Positions 40,010 through 48,653 of a stretch of 64,000 bases of DNA are shown here, piece after piece. The first letter of the stretch is position 1. Each line of letters starts with the position of its first letter. The notes beneath the pieces are model-generated. The model did not search any database. It had not been told where the DNA came from and saw only the letters and a program-made list of their open reading frames with translations. Source of the stretch: Collinsella sp. Its GTDB lineage: Bacteria; Actinomycetota; Coriobacteriia; Coriobacteriales; Coriobacteriaceae. Made by a program: the position numbers and the translations under genes. The stretch spans positions 15,567 through 79,566 of the forward strand of contig JAGZYM010000005.1 of NCBI GenBank assembly GCA_018377855.1, written 5' to 3'.

Positions 40010-42484
40010 CTACTCCACCGGCTTGAAGATGGTGGCCTGGCCAAAGACGCTGCGGATGAGGGCCTTGGCCTCGTCCTCGGTCTGCGGGATGCTCGGGGCT
40101 GCGCCCTGATGGCCGAAGGGGCTGCCAGCACCGGGATTGGATTCCCAGGGAGCGGCGGGGACGTCGTCGTTTGCAGAGGCTGCGGGTGCCACAGCAGCGG
40201 CCTTGGTCGCGGACGCCGCACCCGGCACGTCGAACGGGGGCAGATCGTCCCCGCCGGCATCGGCAGCAAAACCACCGACCATAGCATCGTCGTAGGGCAC
40301 CTGCTCGGATTCCCATGGCGCAGCCTGCGCAGGCGGCTGAGCCATGGGGACGGACGCGCGCTCGGGCGCTCGGGGCGCGGGCTCGGTCGGGAGCTTGCCC
40401 GTGGCAGGAGCACCGGCAGGGTTGTCGGAGCGCAGCCAAGGGGCCTTGGCCAGGTCGGATGACTTGGGCGCAGGCGCGGCAGCGGACTTGGGCGCGGGGA
40501 TCGGAGCAGCCGGTTTGGGCGCAGCGGGTTCAGGCGCCGACGGGGTCGGTGCCGCTACCGGCGCCGCTTTTGGCTGCGTCGCGCTGGCGCTCGAGGATGC
40601 AGGGGGCACCGAGGACACGGGTTGCGGGTCCGCAGATACCGCAGCCCGTGCAGATGGAGAATGCTCCTCATGTTGAGGAGCCGGCGTGCCACCCCCATCC
40701 AGGACATAGTCGACGGTACGACGACCGAAGACCGCGCAGACCGTCGGCAGGACCACCGACTGCGTATCGGCGCGACCGAGCATCTTGATGGCAAAAGTCG
40801 AACCCGCGGGGAACGAGACCGTGAGCTTGGAGCCGTCGTCGGCCGTGGCGCGGGCGTTGAGCAAAAGCCCTGCGTAGGAGGCCTGACGAGCCTTGACGCG
40901 CTCGACGACCTCGGCCCATTTGCGCTGGAGCTCGCCGGCGTCCTCAACCGCGGGGGTCTCGGCAGCACCGGCGGCGGCAACCTGGGCGGCGTTGTTGGGC
41001 TTGGACACCGACACGGTCGATGCAGCAGGCGCGGAAGCCGGAGCCGCAACGGGCTGAGGTGCAGGCGTTACAGGTCTGGGCGCCGGCGCAGGAGCCGCGG
41101 ACTTGGTCGCAGGCTGGGCAGCCGGAACAGCAGCGCCGCGGTCCCAAGGCATGCCGCCCTGATGCGCGGACGTAGCAGCGGGAGCGGCAGATGCCACAGG
41201 GGCAGCAGCCCGGGCACCCGAGATCAGCGTCGGCTGCTGGACAGCGGGTGCGGATGCAGCAGGCGCACTCGCTTGAGCAGCAGCCACGCTCGCCGGCACG
41301 GCGCCGTTGGCAACCATGGCCTCCAGGCGTGCCACGCGCTCGGCCAATGCCTCAATCGTTAAATCAGCCTCGGGACGTGCCAGACGCGTGCAGGCGATCT
41401 CGAGCACCAGGCGCACGTCGCTCGCACCCCTCATCTCCAGTGCGGCATCGTCGAGCACTGTCAGCACACGGGCCAGGCGGTCGGCAGGATGCTCGCCAAA
41501 GGCAGCGGCCTCGGCAGCAAGCGCCTCGGCCTGCTCGGAGCCGCCCTCAAACAGCTCGGCACGGGCACCGGCAACGCAGGCAACATACACGTCGCGCACA
41601 TGCGCCACCAAGTCACGCGTCAGCTCAAGCAGGTCATTGCCCTCCTCGACCTGTGCGCGAATGAGCCCATACAGCTCGGCGACATCGCGATCAGCAATGG
41701 CGCGCGCAAACTCGCCTAGAATCTGGTCCGAAACTTCGCCCAAAAGCGAACGGGCATCGTCCGCATGCACGGCGCCGTTGCCAAAAACGCTCAGCTGCTC
41801 CAGCGTGGAGAGCGCGTCGCGCATGCCGCCCTTGGCATGGCGCGCCACGATAGCCAGCGCCTCGTCGTCGTAATCGAAGCCCTCCTGCTCGCACACGTAT
41901 GCCAGGCGGCGCTCGATATCCTCGTTGCCGATGCGATGGAAATCGAAGCGCTGGCAGCGTGAGAGGATGGTCTCCAGAATCTTTTGCGGGTCGGTGGTGC
42001 ACAGCACAAAGATCACGTGCGCCGGCGGCTCCTCGAGCGTCTTGAGCAGCGCGTTAAACGCCGCCGTCGTGAGCATGTGGACCTCGTCGATGATATAGAT
42101 CTTGTACTTGCCACGCACCGGGGCAAAGTTGACGGAGTTGATGATTTCCTCGCGCACGTTGTCTACGCCGGTACGGCTTGCGGCATCGAGCTCGTAGACA
42201 TCGGGGTGGTTGCCCTCGGCGATGAGCTCGCATTCCTCACAGGTGCCGTCGGGCATGCAGCCGCTCGCACCCTCGGCGCGCGCCGCCTCGGCATTGCGAC
42301 AGAGCAGCGCCTTGGCAAGAATACGCGCCATGGTGGTCTTGCCCGTGCCGCGCGGTCCGCAGAACAGGTACGCATGGGACAGGCGCCCCTCGGTGATGGC
42401 GTGCTCGAGCGTCGAGACGATATGCTGCTGGCCCACCACGGAGTCGAAGGTGAGCGGGCGATACTTTCGGTACAACGATTCCAT
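40010..42484 (-). CDS. dnaX: DNA polymerase III subunits tau/gamma with long Pro/Ala-rich low-complexity C-terminal half
   Basis: MESLYRKYRPLTFDSVVGQQH...LFCGPRGTGKTT...; start at 42484 (ORF track 42958 is an antisense-overlapping extension). Confidence 0.9.
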   Translation of the reverse strand: MESLYRKYRPLTFDSVVGQQHIVSTLEHAITEGRLSHAYLFCGPRGTGKTTMARILAKALLCRNAEAARAEGASGCMPDGTCEECELIAEGNHPDVYELDAASRTGVDNVREEIINSVNFAPVRGKYKIYIIDEVHMLTTAAFNALLKTLEEPPAHVIFVLCTTDPQKILETILSRCQRFDFHRIGNEDIERRLAYVCEQEGFDYDDEALAIVARHAKGGMRDALSTLEQLSVFGNGAVHADDARSLLGEVSDQILGEFARAIADRDVAELYGLIRAQVEEGNDLLELTRDLVAHVRDVYVACVAGARAELFEGGSEQAEALAAEAAAFGEHPADRLARVLTVLDDAALEMRGASDVRLVLEIACTRLARPEADLTIEALAERVARLEAMVANGAVPASVAAAQASAPAASAPAVQQPTLISGARAAAPVASAAPAATSAHQGGMPWDRGAAVPAAQPATKSAAPAPAPRPVTPAPQPVAAPASAPAASTVSVSKPNNAAQVAAAGAAETPAVEDAGELQRKWAEVVERVKARQASYAGLLLNARATADDGSKLTVSFPAGSTFAIKMLGRADTQSVVLPTVCAVFGRRTVDYVLDGGGTPAPQHEEHSPSARAAVSADPQPVSSVPPASSSASATQPKAAPVAAPTPSAPEPAAPKPAAPIPAPKSAAAPAPKSSDLAKAPWLRSDNPAGAPATGKLPTEPAPRAPERASVPMAQPPAQAAPWESEQVPYDDAMVGGFAADAGGDDLPPFDVPGAASATKAAAVAPAASANDDVPAAPWESNPGAGSPFGHQGAAPSIPQTEDEAKALIRSVFGQATIFKPVE

Positions 42485-42599
42485 GGGTGCTCCCCCGGGT
42501 ATACTGAGTCTTGTTGCCGCGGCGGCCATGCGGTCGCACGGCATACTGCATCCATAATAACCCGTACGGCGAGCCCGCCGCGATAGGAGTCCAAAGAGC

Positions 42600-43316
42600 A
42601 TGGCAGACGCAGAGAGCAACCTCGTTCCCTCCGAAGCAGCCGACCAGGTCGAGGTCGCGCTCGAGGAGCAGGCCGCAGCCGACGACGGCATTCTGTACCT
42701 CAACGAGTACCAGTACGAAAACGACCTCGTCACCGACTTTGCGCGCCTGGTCGCCTCGCCCAGGCGTCGCGGCTCGCTGTATGTCGCCGCGGCAATTGCC
42801 GCGCTCATCGGCATCGGCATGCTGGTGGCCGGCGGCAACTGGATCAAGTTCGGCGTCGTCCTAATCGTATTCGGCGCCTTTTTGGCCTGGTGGAGCAAAA
42901 ATCTGCACCATACGCTCGCGCGCGACTTTATCGAAGCCGTCGAGGCAGACGAGTCCATGGGCGGCCGCTACCGCCGCGTCGCCGCCAACGAGGACGGCCT
43001 GATGGTCTGGGGCAAGAGCGGCAAGTCGCAGTTCTTCCCGTTTGAGAAGCTCGACCATGTACTCGACGGCGAGCGCATCTTTGTGGCCATGTTCGCCGAC
43101 CAGGGCGTGACGATCCCTAAGGACACCTTTGTGCGTGGTGATGCCGAGCAGTTTGGCTCCTTCCTCAAGACGCGCATCAACAAAAAGCTGCGCATCGAGA
43201 CCAAACGCAAAAAGATGAAGGCCGAAAAGGCCGCTGCCAAGGCCAAGCAGGAAAGCGAGCCTAAGAATGCAAAGGCCAAACAGCGCAAGCAGAAGAAGAA
43301 CAAGAAGAAGCGCTAA
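42600..43316 (+). CDS. YcxB-like membrane protein with Lys-rich C-terminal tail
   Basis: Two TM helices (AAAIAALIGIGMLVAGG / GVVLIVFGAFLAWW); C-terminal KKMKAEKAAAKAKQ...KKNKKKR. Confidence 0.55.
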   Translation: MADAESNLVPSEAADQVEVALEEQAAADDGILYLNEYQYENDLVTDFARLVASPRRRGSLYVAAAIAALIGIGMLVAGGNWIKFGVVLIVFGAFLAWWSKNLHHTLARDFIEAVEADESMGGRYRRVAANEDGLMVWGKSGKSQFFPFEKLDHVLDGERIFVAMFADQGVTIPKDTFVRGDAEQFGSFLKTRINKKLRIETKRKKMKAEKAAAKAKQESEPKNAKAKQRKQKKNKKKR

Positions 43317-43458
43317 GGCCAAGTCAGATAGGCCACCTCGCCCCGCTACCTTCACCATGCACCCGAGCGTGCTACACTAGCAGCATCTATGCCACCGCGA
43401 ACGGCTCGGCTCCGCGCCCGCCGCTCGCAAACGAACTTTAAACGCACGAGGGTTGGCC

Positions 43459-45312
43459 ATGCCGCTTTTCTCGCAACATACCGCCCGGTTCTCGCCGGAC
43501 GTTCCCTTGGAGGGCACCAGCTCTCGCGAGCTGCTCAAGCGGTTTCAGCCGCTCGAGACGCTCGCGACCGGCGGTTTTGGCTCCATCGAGATTTGCCGCG
43601 ACACGCACCTGCGCCGTCGCGTCGCCATTAAGCGCATCCCCCTCACAGGCGGTGCCGGCATGCCCGCCAGCGACATCATGGATGTCCTGCGCGAGGCACA
43701 CACCGCTGCCATGCTTCAACATCCCAATATCGTGCAGGTTATCGACTTTACGCACGATACCGCCTATGCCTACCTCGTCATGGAATATGTCGACGGCATG
43801 TCGCTCGCCGACTTTTTGCATCGCGTGGACGGCCATTCGCTCACCTTTGACGAGGCCGCGGCAATTGCCGACGCGCTGGGCCAGGCGCTCACCTTCGCCC
43901 ATAGCAACGGCGTGCTCCACCTGGATATCAAGCCCGCCAACGTGCTCATCGACCACTCGGGCAATGTAAAGCTCACCGACTTTGGCATGGCGCGGCTGTC
44001 GTCTGCCGGCGGCTTTGGCGGCTCGCGCGGCGGCACCATCGGCTACATGCCACCCGAGCAGCTCGACATCGAGACTGGCACGGTTGACGAGCGCGCCGAT
44101 GTCTTTGCCCTCGCCTGCGTGATCTACGAGGGACTGTGCGGCAGCGCCCCCTTTATGGCCGCCACGCCCGCCGACTCGCTCGGCCGCATCATCGGCGGTG
44201 CCACCTACCCCAGCGAGCTCATCCCGCACTTTCCCCCGGGAGCCGAGGCTGCGCTCATGAGCGCCCTCTCCCCCATGCCGCAAGACCGCCCCAGCAGCAT
44301 CGAGGCATTTTGCGACCAGCTGCTCGCCGGCTTGGGCAGCGTGCGCGAGGGCCGTCGCAGCCTAGAGCAGATGGTGGGCGAGCTGTCGGATGACGAGCGC
44401 ACGGCAGACGATATCGAATCGCTGCCCTATGAGGACGACACCATCGAGGTCGACCCCGCACTCGGCTGGGCCGGCACGCGCTGGGGCCACGCGCGCGATT
44501 ACACCATGCGCGCCATCTCGGCGCTAACGTGCGGCGCCTTTAGCTTTTTGATCATGCAGACGGCTGGCGTCGCGGCGCTTCCCGGACTTATTGCCGCGGC
44601 CATCGCGATTGGGGCGGCCGCCGGCCTGGCCCCGCAGATTGGCTCGGCTATCTCGGCCGTGGGCTTTTTGGTACTTATGGCCAACGCCACCATGCAGGCG
44701 CAGGGCATCCTGTCGATGCTGCCCGTCGCGGTGCTCTTTGCCGCCACCATGTCCGGTTGGTGGATCGCCTGGGGCCGCACCGAGGCCGCCGCGAGCGCTG
44801 CGCTCACCTGCGCGGTGGCACTTGGCTGTCTAACGGGCGACGTCCTCCTTGCCGCCGGGGTCGCCACCGGCATCGCGGCCTTTTGGCTCGGCCCGGCAAG
44901 CGCCGCGGCCGCCACGGGGATGGGCGCGCTTTTTGGCCGCCTGGCTACGGTTGCGCTTTCCGCCGGAGGCGTGCTGGGGCTCGGCGATGTTGCCGCAGCG
45001 CTGGGAGACATGCTCTTCTGGGCTGCCGTCGTGCTTGTCGCGGCGACAGCTGCACTGACATCTCTGCTGCTCAACGTCCATGCCAAGCGTGCCGAGCAGG
45101 GCTCGAACCTGACTGCAATCGCTGCCATCGCCGGCTGCGGAATAGGCTCCGCGGCGTCGCTCTGTCTTGCACACCATATGGAAATTGCCAGCCTTGCGGC
45201 CGCGGTCGTCGTCAAGGCGGCGGTTGCGGGAACCCTATCCTCTATAATTGTTGGGATATGCCTATATTTGCTCGGATACCAAAGAACCTATACGGAGAGT
45301 GATCTTTCGTGA
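43459..45312 (+). CDS. Ser/Thr protein kinase with C-terminal polytopic membrane domain (about 8 TM helices)
   Basis: GGFGSIEICRD..., HLDIKPANVLID, DFGMA; C-terminal 280 aa Ala/Gly-rich hydrophobic; ATG 43459 after GAGGG. Confidence 0.85.
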   Translation: MPLFSQHTARFSPDVPLEGTSSRELLKRFQPLETLATGGFGSIEICRDTHLRRRVAIKRIPLTGGAGMPASDIMDVLREAHTAAMLQHPNIVQVIDFTHDTAYAYLVMEYVDGMSLADFLHRVDGHSLTFDEAAAIADALGQALTFAHSNGVLHLDIKPANVLIDHSGNVKLTDFGMARLSSAGGFGGSRGGTIGYMPPEQLDIETGTVDERADVFALACVIYEGLCGSAPFMAATPADSLGRIIGGATYPSELIPHFPPGAEAALMSALSPMPQDRPSSIEAFCDQLLAGLGSVREGRRSLEQMVGELSDDERTADDIESLPYEDDTIEVDPALGWAGTRWGHARDYTMRAISALTCGAFSFLIMQTAGVAALPGLIAAAIAIGAAAGLAPQIGSAISAVGFLVLMANATMQAQGILSMLPVAVLFAATMSGWWIAWGRTEAAASAALTCAVALGCLTGDVLLAAGVATGIAAFWLGPASAAAATGMGALFGRLATVALSAGGVLGLGDVAAALGDMLFWAAVVLVAATAALTSLLLNVHAKRAEQGSNLTAIAAIAGCGIGSAASLCLAHHMEIASLAAAVVVKAAVAGTLSSIIVGICLYLLGYQRTYTESDLS

Positions 45313-46319
45313 ACTTCCTGAACATCTTCGAGGACCACGTGGCCGGCATCTTCGGTGCCACCCGTGCCCCGTTCTCCTTTAAGAAGCTTGCCAAGCAGGC
45401 CGCTCGCGACATGGAGGATCAGACTCTGGTGATCAACGGCGTCAACACCGCGCCGGCACTCTATACCATCCTGATCGCCGCCGACGACGATCCCATGCTC
45501 GCCCCGTTCTACCCCGAGCTTTCGCGCGAAGTCCGCGAGTTTGTGAAAGCACAGGCCGAAAAGCGCCGCTATGTGTTTGTCGGCGAACCCCTCGTTCGCT
45601 TTATGATCGACCCGCAGCTGCGTGCCGGTAAGTTCTCGGTCTTTGCCGAGAACGTCGATGCCCCCACGCTCGGTCGTCTGTACGAGGAAGAGCGCGCCTA
45701 CCAGAATGGCCTGGGCCAGAACAACTCGGCCGCAAGCCGCGCCGCCAGCGCTCCCCGCGCCGGCAAGCAGCAATTCGCCGCTCCGCAGCAACAGCACCCC
45801 GCCGCCATGCCCCAGCAGCCGACGCCCCGCGCCGTCGCTCCCGACCCGCTCGCCGTGGCCGATCCCTTTGCGCCCAACGTCCCCGACCCCGCCGCCGCGC
45901 CCATCCCCGTGCCGCAGACCGTCTCTCGTGACGCCCTCGCCGGTATGGGCGGAGCCGCCGCAACCGGCGCCGCCGTGGGCCTTGGCGCCGCGGCCGGTAT
46001 TGCCTCCAACATGGCGAGCACCCGCGCCCCGCAGCGCCCGCTCGCCCAGCTCGTCGACGTAGTGAGCGGCGAGAGCCACAGCATCACTTCCGCGCAGGTG
46101 ACCATCGGTCGCGAGCGTTCGGTTTCGGACATCGCCCTGCGCGACCCCAACGTGTCGCGCCGTCACGCCCAGCTCACCTTTACCGGTTCGGACTGGTCGA
46201 TCGAGGACCTCAATTCCACCAACGGCACGCTCGTCAACAACCGCCGCATCACGCGCTGCCCGCTGCGCAACGGCGATCTGCTGACGTTTGGCCTGAGCAC
46301 CTTTGAATTTAGGGGATAG
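45309..46319 (+). CDS. fhaA: FhaA-like protein (DUF3662 N-domain + C-terminal FHA)
   Basis: N-terminus MNFLNIFEDHVAGIFG...; C-terminal ...VSRRHAQLTFTGSDWSIEDLNSTNGTLVNN; GTGA overlap with the kinase. Confidence 0.8.
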   Translation: MNFLNIFEDHVAGIFGATRAPFSFKKLAKQAARDMEDQTLVINGVNTAPALYTILIAADDDPMLAPFYPELSREVREFVKAQAEKRRYVFVGEPLVRFMIDPQLRAGKFSVFAENVDAPTLGRLYEEERAYQNGLGQNNSAASRAASAPRAGKQQFAAPQQQHPAAMPQQPTPRAVAPDPLAVADPFAPNVPDPAAAPIPVPQTVSRDALAGMGGAAATGAAVGLGAAAGIASNMASTRAPQRPLAQLVDVVSGESHSITSAQVTIGRERSVSDIALRDPNVSRRHAQLTFTGSDWSIEDLNSTNGTLVNNRRITRCPLRNGDLLTFGLSTFEFRG

Positions 46320-46325
46320 TCGCTT

Positions 46326-46742
46326 ATGAACATCGATATCGTCCTTTTTGCAGGCCGCATCGTCCTGGTTGCCCTGCTCTACATCTTCCTGTTCGCCGTC
46401 ATGAAAACCGGCGTGGGACTCGTACGCGGCCAGCGCCGCGACTCCGCTATCTGGACGATCGATGTGGACAAGGGTCCGCGCGGCATCCGTGGCATCCATG
46501 TAGACATGCTCGGCCCCGTCATCGTGGGCCGCTCGCCGTCCTCGGACATCTGCATCAACGAACCGTTTGTCTCGGCCTCGCACGCACGCTTTTCGCTGCA
46601 GGGCCCGGCACTCATCATCGAAGACCTCAACTCGCTGAACGGCACGCTCGTTAACGGCCGTCAGCTGGTGGAGCCCGCAACGCTGCGCGAGGGCGATGAA
46701 GTCCAGATTGGCGACGTGGTCATGAAGGTGAACCGTCGATGA
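46326..46742 (+). CDS. fhaB: FhaB/FipA-like small FHA protein with N-terminal TM helix
   Basis: IVLVALLYIFLFAVM TM; ...VSASHARFSLQGPALIIEDLNSLNGTLVNG. Confidence 0.75.
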   Translation: MNIDIVLFAGRIVLVALLYIFLFAVMKTGVGLVRGQRRDSAIWTIDVDKGPRGIRGIHVDMLGPVIVGRSPSSDICINEPFVSASHARFSLQGPALIIEDLNSLNGTLVNGRQLVEPATLREGDEVQIGDVVMKVNRR

Positions 46743-48637
46743 TCGACGAGGAGAACAAGTCCGCAACCATGCCCGAGACGCCAACTGCCCCCGCAGCTGC
46801 GCCGGCTCATGCCGCTCCGGCGCGCCCTGCGACCGTGGAGCCCGAGGACACCGTGTTCTCCCTGCCTCTTTCGCATGTAACTCAAGAATATCCGGCACTC
46901 GTCGATGACGAGGACGCCGACACCGAGCAGCTCGACGCCCCCATCGGCGCGCACGCTGCCGAGCAGTCCGCGGAACCGGAGGCAACGCCCGCACCGGCTC
47001 ACTTTGCCGAGCCCGTCGCCGAGGCGATTAACGAGAGCGCTGCCGTGTTTGCCGCCCCCGAGCCTGCCGCGCCGGTATTCCCCGTCGCCCCGGCAAGCGA
47101 GGCGGCACCCGCATCCGCAACGCCTGCCGAAGTCGATCAGCCCGTTGCCGCGCCCGCCGCAGCTCCCGAGTCCTCCGCTCAATCCCAGAGCACGCCCGCG
47201 CCGTCGCACTTTGCGACGCCCGAGCCGACGGCCGTCGAGCCGCAGCAGGACGGCGATCCCGCCGACCGCGTAACCGAAGATCTCAACCTTCCGGACGTCT
47301 CCGACGCCGAGTCGGGCAACGATGCCGACACCGTCTCCCCCGGCGACACCGCCGAAATCGATGTCGCCGCCGTGGAGGCAAAGCTCAAAGATCCCGGCTC
47401 GACCATGAGCTTCGAGCCGCTGACCGACGAGCGCATCGAGACCGACTCGACCTACGACGCCGGCACCACCACACAGCTTATGTGGGGCGCCCGCTCCGAC
47501 GTCGGATGTGTGCGCCCGCACAATGAGGACTCCTATCTGGTGCAGTCGCCGCTCTTTTGCGTGTGCGACGGCATGGGAGGACACGCCGCCGGCGAGGTGG
47601 CATCCTCCATCGCCGTCGAAACCATCGCCAAGACGGCGCCGCAGTCCGCCGACGCCGCGCGCCTGGCCGCAGCCGTCGAGGCCGCCAACGCCGCCGTGAT
47701 CGAGGCCGCCCTCAACGGCCTGGGCAAACCCGGCATGGGATGTACGGCCACCTGCGCCTACATCGAAAACGACACGCTCGCCATCGCCCACGTGGGCGAC
47801 TCGCGCGCCTACCTGCTCCACGAGGGTACGCTCATCCGCGTGACCCGCGACCATTCCTACGTGGAGGAGCTCGTGGATGCCGGCGAGATTACGGCCGACG
47901 AGGCCCGCGTCCACCCCAACCGCTCGGTCATCACCCGCGCGCTGGGCTCGGATCCCGCTATGTATGCCGACCACTTTACCCTGCACATCGAGGAAGGCGA
48001 CCGCCTGATTCTGTGCTCCGACGGTCTTTCGAGCATGATTCCCGATAGCGATATCGAGAACATCGCTACGCAGTCCTCGAGCGCACAGATCTGTGTCGAC
48101 AACTTGGTGGACGCGGCGCTCGCCGCCGGCGGCCACGACAATGTGACCGTGGTGGTCGTCGACCTGGTCGACGACGGCGTCATGCGCGAGGCAAAACGCG
48201 TCCGACGCCGCAATGTCACCATCGCCACCGTCTTGGCCCTTGTCTTTGTGCTGATAGCAGGCATCTGGGCATACACGGGCGTCACCGGCTCCTATTACTT
48301 GGGAACCTACCACGGCAATGTCGCCGTCTGGCGCGGCCTGCCCGGCAAGACGCTCGGGGTCGAGCTCCACTGGCTCGAAAGCGAAACCAGCATCAAGCTG
48401 TCCGACCTGCCCGAAGACACGCAAAACCGCCTGAAGGCAGGCATTCCGCAAACGAGTGTCGACGATGCGCAGGACACCATTTCCAAGTACCGCCATCAGA
48501 TTGACGAAGAGCAGACCCGTCAGGTGATTGACGCGCAAACGATTCGCGACAACACCAATCAGGAATCCACCTCCGAGTCAGATTCCGAGAAAACCGCCGA
48601 ACAGTCAGCCGAGGCCGAAGCCTCCGATAAGAATTAG
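46739..48637 (+). CDS. pstP: PP2C-family Ser/Thr phosphatase (PstP-like) with about 240-aa Pro/Ala/Glu-rich N-terminal extension and C-terminal TM anchor
   Basis: VGCVRPHNEDSY...CDGMGGHAAGEVAS...; ATGA overlap with fhaB; true start may be internal (for example 47408). Confidence 0.8.
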   Translation: MIDEENKSATMPETPTAPAAAPAHAAPARPATVEPEDTVFSLPLSHVTQEYPALVDDEDADTEQLDAPIGAHAAEQSAEPEATPAPAHFAEPVAEAINESAAVFAAPEPAAPVFPVAPASEAAPASATPAEVDQPVAAPAAAPESSAQSQSTPAPSHFATPEPTAVEPQQDGDPADRVTEDLNLPDVSDAESGNDADTVSPGDTAEIDVAAVEAKLKDPGSTMSFEPLTDERIETDSTYDAGTTTQLMWGARSDVGCVRPHNEDSYLVQSPLFCVCDGMGGHAAGEVASSIAVETIAKTAPQSADAARLAAAVEAANAAVIEAALNGLGKPGMGCTATCAYIENDTLAIAHVGDSRAYLLHEGTLIRVTRDHSYVEELVDAGEITADEARVHPNRSVITRALGSDPAMYADHFTLHIEEGDRLILCSDGLSSMIPDSDIENIATQSSSAQICVDNLVDAALAAGGHDNVTVVVVDLVDDGVMREAKRVRRRNVTIATVLALVFVLIAGIWAYTGVTGSYYLGTYHGNVAVWRGLPGKTLGVELHWLESETSIKLSDLPEDTQNRLKAGIPQTSVDDAQDTISKYRHQIDEEQTRQVIDAQTIRDNTNQESTSESDSEKTAEQSAEAEASDKN

Positions 48638-48653
48638 AAAGGGAGTGCCGCTT

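Noticed and set aside
42485-42958. N-terminal 158-aa extension of dnaX in the ORF track
   Set aside because: A conserved MESLYRKYRP start exists at 42484. The extension overlaps the well-supported plus-strand gene 42600-43316 and is Ser/Ala-rich nonsense.
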